Positions 51,801 through 61,752 of a stretch of 64,000 nt of DNA are shown one piece after another. Both the position numbers and the translations under genes were made by a program. How positions within the stretch are numbered: the first letter of the stretch is position 1; each line of letters starts with the position of its first letter. Source of the DNA: an uncultured candidatus Porisulfidus sp. (GTDB lineage: Bacteria; Pseudomonadota; Gammaproteobacteria; Poriferisulfidales; Oxydemutatoraceae); NCBI GenBank assembly GCA_965215125.1, contig OZ244052.1:224001-288000 (forward strand). Reading direction: 5' to 3'. The notes under the pieces are model-generated. The model was not told the origin of the DNA, searched no databases, and worked only from the letters and a program-made list of their open reading frames with translations.

Positions 51801-51917
51801 CTCTCCCGGATCTATTCTGTAATCCAGCATTTCAGCTTCAGGCTGACCCTTAAAACAATTGACCACAGCTTCCACCGCTTTGGTTTGAAAATCTTGTATC
51901 TTAAATCTGAGTTTCAT
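48870..51917 (-). CDS. res: Type III restriction endonuclease Res subunit
   Basis: IEMETGTGKTY, ILDEPQ, RYSATH, SALREGWDNPNVF, QEVGRGLR, YNPDW...AEIKG. Confidence 0.93.
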   Translation of the reverse strand: MKLRFKIQDFQTKAVEAVVNCFKGQPEAEMLDYRIDPGETDLRLEHTGFRNKDIKLPKEQVLRNIKKIQHSQNLAVDKSLVESNISPFNLDIEMETGTGKTYCYIKTIFEMNKRYGWSKFIIVVPSIAIREGVYKSLQITAEHFLESYGKKAKSFIYNSRQLHELENFSSDAGINIMVINIQAFNSTGRDNRRIYEELDDFQSRKPIDVIKVNKPILILDEPQKMEGKTTLESLKNFDPLMILRYSATHKTNHNKVHRLDAIDAYKEKLVKKISVRGIKEIGLSGTNAYLYLRSIEISTSAPVARMEIEIKQKSGIKKIMRKIKKGDNLHDISKLDQYKDFVVSEIDARTNKVKEVSFTNGIKIEVGEVQGNINELSIRRIQIREAIQAHFDKEKQLFHKGIKVLTLFFIDKVSNYRKYSDTGEKENGEYAKIFEEEYITHLKEVKKKADKSYKHYLETIETSKTHNGYFAVDKKTKKLVDPATGRTNDESDDTNAYDLILKDKERLLSFEEPTRFIFSHSALREGWDNPNVFVICPLKYGGGDNAIPRRQEVGRGLRIAVNQRGERQDDKHTVHEINILTVIANESYEDFVSALQSEIKDALSGRPRKANESYFRGKLIKTGEGEEDIEIKDQMATEIHRRYLIKNDYVDDNDHITDKYFEDLENDRLAEVPESLKKYEKQILELIAGVVSDKNIPGAENDRDKKENILNDNFKTKAFKELWKRINKKALYGVKFDSSELIEKVLNKLEEKEFTVPTLQYAKTTGEQRDNLEDEEVLAGRIFDKTEIRYETETQTIHPEVKYDLIGKITEGTGLKRKTVASILTKIKEETFAQFKKNPEAFISKFITLINEQKATMMIEHLTYNPIAETYTTEIFTDAESHQFFSKTEKKLKKHIYDYVATDSNVEREFVDNLERAKQIEVYAKLPRGFYIPTPVGSYNPDWAICFYKNSVKHIYFVAEIKGSMSSMQLREIEKEKIKCARKFFEALNEKIDPDKIKYDTVNSFDKLMELVAQQ

Positions 51918-51926
51918 TTCAACCCA

Positions 51927-53828
51927 TTAAATGGTTTTGATGTCTGTTTCGGGGGACTTCAGCTTGAAAATCTGCTCTACATTTATTTTTACGCTATCAT
52001 CCTCAAAGCCGGAGTCTCTAAAAATTACTCTTAACGGTTTCCTCTCGGCAATTTCACGACACAATTCTTCCGTTACTTTTCCATCTTTTACAAAGCAAGC
52101 AGCAAGCGCATCATCATCTACAAAAAATACATCTATGCCCGACAGCTTTTCTTTTCTAATCGGGAGAGATAGGTCTACTCCCCAGCTAAGAAGCACTTGA
52201 AACAGGATATCTTCGGGGGTTCTGTCTGCTTTGATGTTATCTGCAACTTCTTCTATTTTCTGTTGTATTATTTCATCCGGTCGGTAGTAGACATCTTCCA
52301 TGTTACTGCTGTCAACTTTCAAGACTCTGAAGCCGATATCTAAGTCATCTGCATTGATTGAATCATCCTCAAGGAGATTTTTTTGCTTGTTTTTGCTTTC
52401 AGTTTCCTCCTTTATCTTTTTGCCTGCTAGGCGAATACGCTCTTTACCTATGTCTGCAATAGTCTTGAGTCCTTCCTTAAAAGCCTCCGATTTTTCATCA
52501 CAAGGTTCAGGCAACTGAACCATAATATATTTACGATTACCGCCATCATCTTTATTTAAGTCTATTACTGCATGAGCAGTTGTTGCAGAGCCTGAAAAAA
52601 AGTCTAAAACTATATGATTTTGTTTTGTAGAGTGAAAAACTAACTTTTTTATAAGTTTATAAGGTTTTACGGTTTCAAAACCATGATCGCGTTCAAGGAT
52701 TTTAGTTAATTCTTGTTTTGCAGATTCTGTTGTTCCCTCTTCTTTTGAGAAAAATGCCCAAAATGGTTTTGTTATCTGATTTCTTTCATCTTCTGGTCTC
52801 ATTTTTATATATAACTTCTCATTTTTTTTAAGAATATCTCCTCTTTTGTCGAATTCTCTAATTTTATCTAACCCCCATTTCCATTGCTTTCCTTCTCCAG
52901 GCTTTATTCCATGAATGCAAAAAATCATTGATTTTCTACCTCTTATACCAGATGCATTCATTTCCTCAATAAGGTGATAACGAAAATGGCCTCTTTGATC
53001 TTCTTCGGGATAAGTTTTTTCCTTTTTTATGTACACATTAAATCTTTGTTTCTTTTGCTTTCCATAGCAAAGAATATATTCAATTTTAGGCTGTAATTTA
53101 TTGAAAGAGTCGATCGTATTTTGAGATTTTGTTTTAGACTCCCATCCGATGCTTCCAACAAAATTTTCTGAACCGAAGATTTCATCGCACAACTTTCTTA
53201 AATTATCAACTTCATTATCATAAATGCTGATAAAAATAACTCCGTCGTCTCTTAAAAGATTCCTTACCAACTTTAATCGGGGATACATCATAGATAACCA
53301 GTCCGAATGAAATCGTCCGTTAGACGGGAGGTTGTTGATAAGCCGGTTGCCTAGGTCGTCAATTTGACCGCTTTTTTCAAGTTCGCTTTTCACATCGCGT
53401 CTAAAATTGTCTTTATAAATAAAATCGTTTCCCGTGTTATAAGGGGGATCAATATAGATCATCTTCACTTCCCCGAGATATGTCTCTTGCAGAAGTTTCA
53501 GCACATCTAAGTTATCTCCTTCAATAAATAAGTTTCTTGTTTTATCAAAATCAACACTTTCTTCTCTGCAAGGTCTTAAAGTTTTTTCAATGGAGGTATA
53601 TGCCGTATTCGAGGCTTTTTCTTTCCCGGGCCAATTGAGTTGATAGTATTCTTTCGCGCCTTCAACGACGGAATCCGAGAGTTCTTGTTTTAGAAGATCA
53701 AAGTCTATGGACTTTTTAATATTACCTTCATCGTCTTTACTTTCTACAACGCAGTTCGGGAACAGTTCCCCGATTTTTAGAATATTTTCATCCACAATGT
53801 TCGGTGTTTGTAATTTCAGTTTGTCCAT
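51927..53828 (-). CDS. mod: Type III R-M N6-adenine methyltransferase Mod
   Basis: IEGDNL, IYIDPPYNTG, LDFFSGSATT. Confidence 0.94.
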   Translation of the reverse strand: MDKLKLQTPNIVDENILKIGELFPNCVVESKDDEGNIKKSIDFDLLKQELSDSVVEGAKEYYQLNWPGKEKASNTAYTSIEKTLRPCREESVDFDKTRNLFIEGDNLDVLKLLQETYLGEVKMIYIDPPYNTGNDFIYKDNFRRDVKSELEKSGQIDDLGNRLINNLPSNGRFHSDWLSMMYPRLKLVRNLLRDDGVIFISIYDNEVDNLRKLCDEIFGSENFVGSIGWESKTKSQNTIDSFNKLQPKIEYILCYGKQKKQRFNVYIKKEKTYPEEDQRGHFRYHLIEEMNASGIRGRKSMIFCIHGIKPGEGKQWKWGLDKIREFDKRGDILKKNEKLYIKMRPEDERNQITKPFWAFFSKEEGTTESAKQELTKILERDHGFETVKPYKLIKKLVFHSTKQNHIVLDFFSGSATTAHAVIDLNKDDGGNRKYIMVQLPEPCDEKSEAFKEGLKTIADIGKERIRLAGKKIKEETESKNKQKNLLEDDSINADDLDIGFRVLKVDSSNMEDVYYRPDEIIQQKIEEVADNIKADRTPEDILFQVLLSWGVDLSLPIRKEKLSGIDVFFVDDDALAACFVKDGKVTEELCREIAERKPLRVIFRDSGFEDDSVKINVEQIFKLKSPETDIKTI

Positions 53829-54493
53829 TAGATACCTTTCAGGGTTTCAATTTTTCTTTCAAGTGCTTTTATGTTGCTGTTGAGGTCAACCTGCCGGTTA
53901 AATTGTTCCTCTTTCCTAAGTCTCTTTTTCATTTTCTGTGCTTCCAGTTCTTTATTTTTTATCTCTTCAATCCTCTCAATATAAGCATTTATTTCTTCAT
54001 TTTCTCTCAACGGCACAGATAAAATCTTACATATTAATGCTTGATATAATTTCAACAAATTCAAAGTAGCAGGCAATTCGATTTTATCGGCATTTTCAGG
54101 CAACCAGCTACTTCTAAAATAACTGCTTATAACCCGTTTAGTTTTGTCGGCTTCGCTGACTCTCTTATAAGCCACAGCATAACAAACCTGATTCCGATAT
54201 CTTAAAACAAAAATAATCGGAGAGAGTATAGCTTTGTCTATCGCCATTAGCACTTCGTCATTCAGGCGTTTGGTTTTTAATGAAAGCGTGATGATTTGAA
54301 TCTCTCGCGGATATTGCTCGCAGGGTATATTGACGGTTCCGGGAGCAAGTTTATAGCTCCATACTATTTTCTCCACTTGTGATGTTAAATAGGATTTTAT
54401 TTTGGTATTCGGCTTTGCTTCCCGATAAATTTTCTCTTTGGGAATCTTTCTCTCAAATTTGGTACTGTCGGGAAAATCAAAAAGTGCGTTCAT
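53828..54493 (-). CDS. DUF4391-like protein of the type III R-M locus
   Basis: KIPKEKIY, KIVWSYKLAP, EIQI, C-terminal coiled coil EEQFNRQVDLN; lies between the helicase and mod. Confidence 0.75.
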   Translation of the reverse strand: MNALFDFPDSTKFERKIPKEKIYREAKPNTKIKSYLTSQVEKIVWSYKLAPGTVNIPCEQYPREIQIITLSLKTKRLNDEVLMAIDKAILSPIIFVLRYRNQVCYAVAYKRVSEADKTKRVISSYFRSSWLPENADKIELPATLNLLKLYQALICKILSVPLRENEEINAYIERIEEIKNKELEAQKMKKRLRKEEQFNRQVDLNSNIKALERKIETLKGI

Positions 54494-54494
54494 C

Positions 54495-57400
54495 TTAGGT
54501 CTGTTTGATAATAAAAAAAGTAATCAACTCAAAATCATCCATGTCGGAGAAACTCTCGGTTAATGCCGTCGTCTTGTCTTCTCTAAATAAACTATCAATA
54601 TCTTTTTCCCGATTCACTCCGCCAATAGATTCAAACGCACGCCGTAATAAATCGGAATATTTTGACATATCTTTTCCTTCTTTTGTCTCGGTATTAAACT
54701 TTTTGCAAAGACTCAATACGGGTTCTTTCATATTGTGGCAACGAGAACGAATAATATCTAAGATTTTCTTTACTTCTCCGTGATTCTTTATCACTTCTCC
54801 CTCTTCGGAGAGATAGACGAGGTAGTACGGATGAAGACGATTATATGAACTGATTTTCAGTTTTGAGTTTTTATTCTTAAGCACAAAAATAACGCCTGGG
54901 GATATGTCTAAGTTTTCATCCGGAGCAAAAATTGCATGCAATCCGTTGGGAAGGCTCTCTATACCTTGATTTTGATTCATATAGTTGAGTAAATCCATCC
55001 TGAAGTCGTTAAGCCCCAAGTCGGTTATGCTCACCCCGGTTTTAACATCTTCTAAATCTACCACCTCGTCTTGTAATTTTTTCAGTTGCGCTTTCCGATA
55101 AGACATATCGGATGACTGCGAGGCAAGCACATTGTCGTCGCCGGTGGCGGTGATGTCGGTTATTACCATCCTGTTTTCAACCCGTTCTTTCAAATTGATA
55201 TATTCGTCAAGGGAAATATCCGGCCAATAATTTACTAGCTGAATACTTTCATTAAGCGAACCGATTCTGTCTATGCGTCCTAGCCGTTGGATAATTCTTA
55301 CCGGGTTCCAATGAATATCGTAGTTAACGAGGTAATCGCAATCTTGTAAATTTTGACCTTCCGAAATGCAATCGGTGCCTATCAAAATATCAATCTCCGC
55401 ATCTATCTCGGAATACAATAAATCTTTCTCTTTAGAACGCGGAGAAAATAAAGTTAAGATAGTACGGAAATCATAACCTTTGCCGACCGTTGTTTGCGCA
55501 GTATCACTCCCTGTAACTTTGCCGAGATGCAGCCTTTGTTCTGAAAAGTGTTGTTTCAAATGCTCGTATAAATAATTGGCTGTATCCGAGAAGGCCGTGA
55601 AAACTATGACCTTTTTATTGTCTTCGTTAATCGGATGCTCGGTTTTTTCTTTAATGACACCCTTTAAGTGATTAAGTTTGAAATCATGTTCGGGAGAGAC
55701 TTTCCCCATAGAAACGAGTAAATCCTCCACCACAGTTAAATCCTCCTCAAGATCGCGTTTCCACGAAGGCACATCCATGTCCTCTAAACTCACCTTTGTT
55801 TTGTCTCCGATTGTCAAATTATCAAAGTCCGTGATGTCGCCACCCTCTTCCAAACTCCCCGTATTTTCTATTGCCATTTCTAGATACGAGAATTCTCCGG
55901 TTTCCTCATACTCATTAATTTTTTTTATTGTTTCATCGTGCCGATCTTTTAAGGATTGAAGGGTGAGTCTAAAAGAGTGTACGGAACTTTCCAATCTTTT
56001 TAATAGATTGACCGTCATTAAAGCACGCAAACATGTTTCTCGATCCCGTTGCTTAAAATTTTCTGTGTCGTAGAGATCTTCGTATTTCTTTCGCTTGCTC
56101 GGGTGAACAAAATTTATCGGCATATAGATTGAAAGCTTGAGTTGTTGCAATCTCGTATAGATTTCGTTGTAGCTATAAACATCTTCCCTTTGAGTCAATT
56201 TGCATCTATGAGAAATGGGTTTTTCCCTGACCGGGAAACGACCAATATCCTTGGTATCGTAAAAAGTTTCAATATGTTTTCTCGATCTAGCAATGGTGAC
56301 ATTGTCAAGCAGATGGAAAAAATCAAAACTAAGAGAATTCAAAATTGCTTCAACGGTTCGCTCTTCATTCGGTAGCTTGACCCATTCATTGAATACGGCT
56401 TGAGCATTACGGAAAATCTCATTAACGCTTTTTCCCGTATCAAATTGTTCTTCCCAGCCTTTTGAATCTCCTTCATACGCCAATGCCAGTTGATTTTTTA
56501 AGTCGCTAAATTTGTTATTGACGGGCGTTGCGGATAGCATCAAAACCTTTGTTTTTGCACCTGGACGGATTACAGAATTCATTAACCTTTGATAACGTGT
56601 TTCTCTATCCCTAAAGGCTTCATTGTTTCTAAAATTGTGCGACTCATCAATGACAAGAAGATCATAAGTTTCCCAGTAGACCTTATCAAGAGCAATCCCG
56701 CAAGATTCACCTCTGGTACGCTGAAGATCGGTATGATATAGAACATCATAGCGAAACTTATCTTCCGGGAAGATGTTCGTTTTTAGATTCTTGTTATAGT
56801 TTAACCAGTTATCCGCTAATCTTTTGGGACATAAGACCAAGACATCTTTGTTTCTCAATTCATAATACTTGATAACACCGAGTGCGGTAAATGTTTTTCC
56901 CAAGCCGACACTGTCCGCTAAAATGCAGCCGTTAAACTTTTCCAGTTTATTGATAATCCCTATAGTTGCATCTTTCTGAAAATTGTATAGCTTGTCCCAA
57001 ATTTGAGTTTTTTTATATCCTTTGCGCTCATTCGGAAGTTCATCTTCGTTCAGGTCGTCTAAAAATTCGCTAAATATGTTGTAGAGGGTGAGGAAATATA
57101 TTTTTTCCGGGGAGTTCTCTTGATAAACGGATTCAATATGATGAGAAATAGTTTCGGTCACCTCTTGCAACTTGGTTTTATCATTCCATATATCCCTAAA
57201 TAATTGCAGACACTGTTCCGTTTCGGGTGCATGATCAAATTTGCTGATGAAATTAGAAACAGCATCACCTTGCTGGTAGCCTATATCTACTGCAGTGAAA
57301 CCCTGAATAGGCATATACACGATATTTTTTCCGCTATGCTGAATTGCCGAAAATTGCTGCATAGGAATGTCGGATGTGTTTGACTTAAATTTCGCCTTTT

Positions 57401-57740
57401 TTCTAATCCACTCGGCACATTCTCTCGCAACAGCCTTTTGAGTAAGCTGATTTTTTAATTTGATTTCAAATTCGCTGCCGTATAGATTCTTCTGCCTTCT
57501 AATTTTAGGTATATAGAATTCCCTTCGCTGCCTGTTTCGCTTGTCCGTAACATCGTCCGGAGTAAAAGCCGGTGCCGTAAAAATAAACTCCAGAGCATCT
57601 ATCTTTGCTAATTCTCGCTTCAGATATTCAAATGCATAGATTGAAAAACAAGAAGCCGCAATTTTCAGCTTCGAACCCTTCCCGAGTTCCTTTTTTAAGT
57701 CATCTCCCCAACGAGTATTAACGTTGTCTATTATGGTCAT
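54495..57740 (-). CDS. SNF2-like helicase associated with the type III R-M locus
   Basis: ILADSVGLGKT, IDESHNFRN, LSATPVNN, TDCISEGQNLQ, WNPVRIIQRLGRIDRIG. Confidence 0.9.
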   Translation of the reverse strand: MTIIDNVNTRWGDDLKKELGKGSKLKIAASCFSIYAFEYLKRELAKIDALEFIFTAPAFTPDDVTDKRNRQRREFYIPKIRRQKNLYGSEFEIKLKNQLTQKAVARECAEWIRKKAKFKSNTSDIPMQQFSAIQHSGKNIVYMPIQGFTAVDIGYQQGDAVSNFISKFDHAPETEQCLQLFRDIWNDKTKLQEVTETISHHIESVYQENSPEKIYFLTLYNIFSEFLDDLNEDELPNERKGYKKTQIWDKLYNFQKDATIGIINKLEKFNGCILADSVGLGKTFTALGVIKYYELRNKDVLVLCPKRLADNWLNYNKNLKTNIFPEDKFRYDVLYHTDLQRTRGESCGIALDKVYWETYDLLVIDESHNFRNNEAFRDRETRYQRLMNSVIRPGAKTKVLMLSATPVNNKFSDLKNQLALAYEGDSKGWEEQFDTGKSVNEIFRNAQAVFNEWVKLPNEERTVEAILNSLSFDFFHLLDNVTIARSRKHIETFYDTKDIGRFPVREKPISHRCKLTQREDVYSYNEIYTRLQQLKLSIYMPINFVHPSKRKKYEDLYDTENFKQRDRETCLRALMTVNLLKRLESSVHSFRLTLQSLKDRHDETIKKINEYEETGEFSYLEMAIENTGSLEEGGDITDFDNLTIGDKTKVSLEDMDVPSWKRDLEEDLTVVEDLLVSMGKVSPEHDFKLNHLKGVIKEKTEHPINEDNKKVIVFTAFSDTANYLYEHLKQHFSEQRLHLGKVTGSDTAQTTVGKGYDFRTILTLFSPRSKEKDLLYSEIDAEIDILIGTDCISEGQNLQDCDYLVNYDIHWNPVRIIQRLGRIDRIGSLNESIQLVNYWPDISLDEYINLKERVENRMVITDITATGDDNVLASQSSDMSYRKAQLKKLQDEVVDLEDVKTGVSITDLGLNDFRMDLLNYMNQNQGIESLPNGLHAIFAPDENLDISPGVIFVLKNKNSKLKISSYNRLHPYYLVYLSEEGEVIKNHGEVKKILDIIRSRCHNMKEPVLSLCKKFNTETKEGKDMSKYSDLLRRAFESIGGVNREKDIDSLFREDKTTALTESFSDMDDFELITFFIIKQT

Positions 57741-57869
57741 TATTGATTGAGTGTTCTAAGAATTTGCGATTTATATTATGCACGATATATGATGTGCGAG
57801 GAAATTGTTAATATCATATCAGCTCTGGCTTGGCTTATTAGAAAAAGCAAGAACGATGTCCGATAATAG

Positions 57870-57968
57870 GAAACCGGCGCATGCACTATAATGAAGTCCG
57901 CCCCGCACAGCGCATTGGGCTATCAACCCTTAGTGTATTTGCAAAGGCAATAGAATGAAAACTAACTT
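57870..57968 (+). pseudogene. IS3 orfB 3'-end remnant
   Basis: tataatgaagtccg.ccgcacagcgcattggg.tatcaaccc...agtgtatttgc...gcaatag.atgaaaact matches 12287-12365. Confidence 0.7.
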
Positions 57969-57996
57969 CAACATTAGTATTAGTTTGGAGAGAATG

Positions 57997-58362
57997 TCAA
58001 TTTTTTTCTTCCATTAATTTTTCATCATATAGATATTTCAGTATATTTCTTTCTTGCTCTAAAAATTTCTTAATATTATCTAAAGAATTACTACCTTGTC
58101 CTTCTGCTGCATTGCGATTAAACGCTGCCTCCATTATAAGAATCTTCTCCGTAGAAATTTTCAAACGATAAAGAGCTCTCTCGTACTCAGTTAGACAAAT
58201 ATCTGGCATAAGCCAAAATTCATGTCCTTCACGCGGCGTAATCTTTCCTTTTATTACTTCTTGGTTGTACGATGCCATGACATATTGGACAAATGGGGGC
58301 AAAAGGAAGCAAGCTGTTGTGTCGATTTTCAATAGTTTCACATATATTTTCAAAAAGTACAA
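57997..58362 (-). CDS. Hypothetical protein (start uncertain)
   Basis: AT-rich ORF divergent from DUF5131; the real start may be MASYNQ at about 58278. Confidence 0.4.
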   Translation of the reverse strand: MYFLKIYVKLLKIDTTACFLLPPFVQYVMASYNQEVIKGKITPREGHEFWLMPDICLTEYERALYRLKISTEKILIMEAAFNRNAAEGQGSNSLDNIKKFLEQERNILKYLYDEKLMEEKN

Positions 58363-58368
58363 AGAATA

Positions 58369-59115
58369 ATGGCAACTTCAAAAATTGAGTGGACAGAGTT
58401 TACTTGGAATCCGGTGACGGGTTGCACAAAAGTATCTCCGGGCTGCAAAAACTGTTATGCCGAAAGTTTAGCGAAGCGTCTGCGCACAATGCATGTAGGG
58501 GGTTATGAGATGCCGTTCACCGAAGTGCGGGAATTGTCCGACAGGTTAAACCAACCGAGACACCGAAAATCACCCACCGTTTATTTTGTAAATTCAATGA
58601 GTGATTTATTTCATGAAAAAGTTTCATTTAAGTTTATAGATAGAGTATTCTCCGTGATTAAAGATACCAGCCATCATACCTACCAAGTTCTAACAAAACG
58701 TTCTCAGCATATGGCACGGTATTTTGCACGCCGAGAAGTCCCTCCTAATGTATGGCTCGGTGTTTCGGTTGAAGATAAAAAATATGGCTTGCCGAGAATT
58801 CCGATATTACGGAAAATCCCTACGCAACAAAGATTTTTATCGGTGGAACCCCTGTTGGAAGATTTAGGTCCGATAAATTTGGACGGTATACATTGGGTTA
58901 TTGTCGGTGGTGAATCCGGACACAAGGCTAGACCCATGAATAAGGCATGGGTGATTTCAATTCGCAAACAGTGCAGAGCGCAAAAAGTTCCTTTTTTCTT
59001 CAAACAATGGGGGCGGTGGGGTGAAGATGGAAAAAGCCGTAATAAAAAAGCAAACGGTAGAACCCTAAACGGGCGTGTTTGGAACGGCATACCTGCAGTA
59101 ATGCAACATAGTTAG
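58369..59115 (+). CDS. Phage Gp37/Gp68 (DUF5131) family protein
   Basis: SKIEWT..TWNPVTGCTKVSPGCKNCYA, FVNSMSDLFH, FLSVEPLL, WVIVGGESG, FFFKQWG. Confidence 0.9.
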   Translation: MATSKIEWTEFTWNPVTGCTKVSPGCKNCYAESLAKRLRTMHVGGYEMPFTEVRELSDRLNQPRHRKSPTVYFVNSMSDLFHEKVSFKFIDRVFSVIKDTSHHTYQVLTKRSQHMARYFARREVPPNVWLGVSVEDKKYGLPRIPILRKIPTQQRFLSVEPLLEDLGPINLDGIHWVIVGGESGHKARPMNKAWVISIRKQCRAQKVPFFFKQWGRWGEDGKSRNKKANGRTLNGRVWNGIPAVMQHS

Positions 59116-59223
59116 TGGTGACGCAAGCGGTTGTGAACCACCCTGTCAGGCTTCGCCCTCCACAGGAGAGGAATGTACCGGCACTATACCTGATGCGACA
59201 CGCTGCAGGCTCAATCAGCAGTA

Positions 59224-60162
59224 CTACTCGGTGGTTCTGTTTTTTAGCTGTTTAATCTCGTCAGCAGATAAACCTGTCAATTTTGAAATCTCAGAAATCT
59301 CATAACTCTCTTGCAACATATTCAGAGCAATTTTTCGGGCTTTGTTTACTTCGCCTTCTTCCATGACTTCTTCCATGATCTCTTGCTTTCTCAAGTGCCG
59401 TTCCCACTCTCGTCTCTCTATGGATATAGCGTTCCAGGCATCTATATCCTCTTTTGATATTTCCTCTAAATGTTTTAATGCCATCTTCGTCTCTCCGTCT
59501 TGTGATAAATGCTTTACTTGCTCGGCCGTCAATTCCGCCGAGTGCTTGATAATATAGCACCACCTATCCGTCATATCAACCAACTCAAGGTGGCTCTTGT
59601 TGAACTTGTTCAATTCCACTATCACCAACCCAAAATCCTTAGTCAATTCCTTATGCCGATGCTTACGCAGAGTGATCGTGGTTTCGTTTATATAGTCCTC
59701 TTCATCAAACACCGTGAACCGGGTAAACACCAGTAAGTAGCTCGGATTAATCTGACTAAACTTTTGTCCACGCTTCATACCATAAGAGTGCAACTGCACC
59801 CAATAAGCCAACATTCTACTAAAGAAGTCCTTTTGAGAATAGCCCTGCATCTCTATGTCGATATTCTCACCGCTATTTAATTTGACATGGAGGTCTAGCA
59901 CTACTTGTTTACCACCCGGTGTGCCCGGTGGGATAGAACTATCCTGCAGATGTAGCTTATCGCCCGATTGGTTTTGTTGATTTGCGGTTTCGGATGCAGG
60001 GTTGAATATGCCGGGGTTGAGTATCATCATATCCGGCGCATTATCGGGGATCGGCAGGAAGCTCTTAATCAACGAGAACAATACTTGCTTATTGCCTGAG
60101 AAGTATCGCTTAAAGGAAATATCTTTTGTCAAGTCTAAGTATCCGAGATGTTTTTCATCCAT
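59224..60162 (-). CDS. Second Rpn-family PD-(D/E)XK nuclease
   Basis: DISFKRYF, VLDLHV...IDIEMQ, KIALNML...ISKLTGLS; RBS AGGAG before ATG 60162. Confidence 0.85.
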   Translation of the reverse strand: MDEKHLGYLDLTKDISFKRYFSGNKQVLFSLIKSFLPIPDNAPDMMILNPGIFNPASETANQQNQSGDKLHLQDSSIPPGTPGGKQVVLDLHVKLNSGENIDIEMQGYSQKDFFSRMLAYWVQLHSYGMKRGQKFSQINPSYLLVFTRFTVFDEEDYINETTITLRKHRHKELTKDFGLVIVELNKFNKSHLELVDMTDRWCYIIKHSAELTAEQVKHLSQDGETKMALKHLEEISKEDIDAWNAISIERREWERHLRKQEIMEEVMEEGEVNKARKIALNMLQESYEISEISKLTGLSADEIKQLKNRTTE

Positions 60163-60286
60163 AGTAAATCTCCTATAAATTGGGTGTAAAACATCTACCC
60201 TAAACTTGGTATTGAGTAGGGGGAGAGACAAATAGATGAACGGTATATTAGAGGGTGATATTCCTCTCTGAAGGAGAGGGATTAAA

Positions 60287-60574
60287 TGGTGCAGACCCTT
60301 AGCAACCACCCCGTCAGGCTTCGCCTGCCACCCCTCCATAGGAGGGGAATTGACTGGTGCAGACCCTTAGCAACCACCCCGTCAGGCTTCGCCTGCCACC
60401 CCTCCATAGGAGGGGAATTGACTTATGCAGGTCCTTAACGACCACCCCGTCAGGCTGAATAGAACCGCCGATTGAACCAGTAGGTCAATCGGCTTGACTT
60501 TGTTCAGAACCTCAACATGACTGCTAAACGCATGCATTGCAAAATGCATAGGCCACCCTTCCACAGGAGAGGAA
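60287..60574 (-). repeat. Cluster of family A copies (68-bp tandem duplication) plus a composite A+B repeat
   Basis: tggtgcagacccttagcaaccaccccgtcaggcttcgcctgccacccctccataggaggggaattgac twice, then the composite at 60441-60574. Confidence 0.85.
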
Positions 60575-60621
60575 TACTCTACCCTTAAAAATGAGGTGAT
60601 GTCATCAATGTACGCGTTTGT

Positions 60622-61752
60622 CTATTTATACAGTGCTATATACTCCGACAAAGCGAATAGCCTGTTCCTTGAGAAGCCGGTCACTTCTTTTAAGATCCCC
60701 ATGCTTTGAAAATCGTTTATCAATCTTCCGGTCGCAGCAACCCCGACCTCTAAATGCTGCGAGGCTCTCTTGATAGATACGATCGGATTAGAAAACAAGA
60801 ACAATAATAATTGTTGTGCCAATTTTGCTCTTCTTCCCATCGTTATGATTTCGGTTTCGTACCGTTTTTTTAGTTTGATGATAGCCTCCAGAGTTTCCTT
60901 TGCGCTTTTTGCCGTTTCAACAACTCCCGAGAGGAAAAATCTAATCCACTGGTCAAGGTCATTAGAGGCTCTTACCATACTTAACGAGTCATAATATGAT
61001 CCTTTATTACGCTCGAAAAAATCCGAGAGATAAAAGCATGGTTTATTCAATATCTCCGCCTTGACCAGTTGCAAGGTTATAAGTAGACGACCTATTCTTC
61101 CATTCCTGTCTAAAAACGGATGTATAGTTTCAATCTGATAATGACTTATCGCTATCCGAATGAGGTGCGGAAGATTTATTTTTTGGTTATGCCAAAATTT
61201 TTCGAGATCGCTTAATAAATCCGGCAAGTCTTGGTGGTGAGGCGGCACAAAAAAAGCATCTTTCAAACTTGAACCACCAATCCAGTTTTGGCTACTTCTT
61301 ATTTCACCGGGAAGTTTATGCCTCCCTCTTACACCGGAAAGTAATATTCTATGAACCTCCTTGAGTAATCTCATAGATAAAGGCAGTCTATTGAGTTCGT
61401 CTATTGCAAAATTCATTGCACTAATGTAATTTTGAACTTCCCCCCAATCGTCACGTCTTTCGGGATGAATTTCATTTTCAGGCAACACAACTTCGTCAAT
61501 GCCGGTTTTTTTCCCCTCAATTCGGCTAGAGGTCGTTGCTTCTTTCATCACATGCATCTTAATAAAAAAATCAACATCCGGCACAAGTGCGGAATAAGCA
61601 TTGAGTTCTCCGAGATAACGCATGGCATCTTCCAACAAGATAACGATCCTGTCGTCTTTCCAGTGATAATCGGTGTTTATTAACGACGGTAAAAAACTTT
61701 TGTATTTGTATTGCTGTTTGTAAGCCCCGGACTGATACTTATTTATAGGCAT
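60622..61752 (-). CDS. Fic-family protein with C-terminal HTH
   Basis: SSRIEG inhibitory-helix motif, variant Fic motif [13 protein letters not shown]-terminal [11 protein letters not shown]. Confidence 0.9.
   Translation of the reverse strand: MPINKYQSGAYKQQYKYKSFLPSLINTDYHWKDDRIVILLEDAMRYLGELNAYSALVPDVDFFIKMHVMKEATTSSRIEGKKTGIDEVVLPENEIHPERRDDWGEVQNYISAMNFAIDELNRLPLSMRLLKEVHRILLSGVRGRHKLPGEIRSSQNWIGGSSLKDAFFVPPHHQDLPDLLSDLEKFWHNQKINLPHLIRIAISHYQIETIHPFLDRNGRIGRLLITLQLVKAEILNKPCFYLSDFFERNKGSYYDSLSMVRASNDLDQWIRFFLSGVVETAKSAKETLEAIIKLKKRYETEIITMGRRAKLAQQLLLFLFSNPIVSIKRASQHLEVGVAATGRLINDFQSMGILKEVTGFSRNRLFALSEYIALYK

Noticed and set aside
60163-60339. N-terminal extension of the second rpn ORF
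   Set aside because: It starts inside a REP; the RBS and paralog alignment place the start at 60162.
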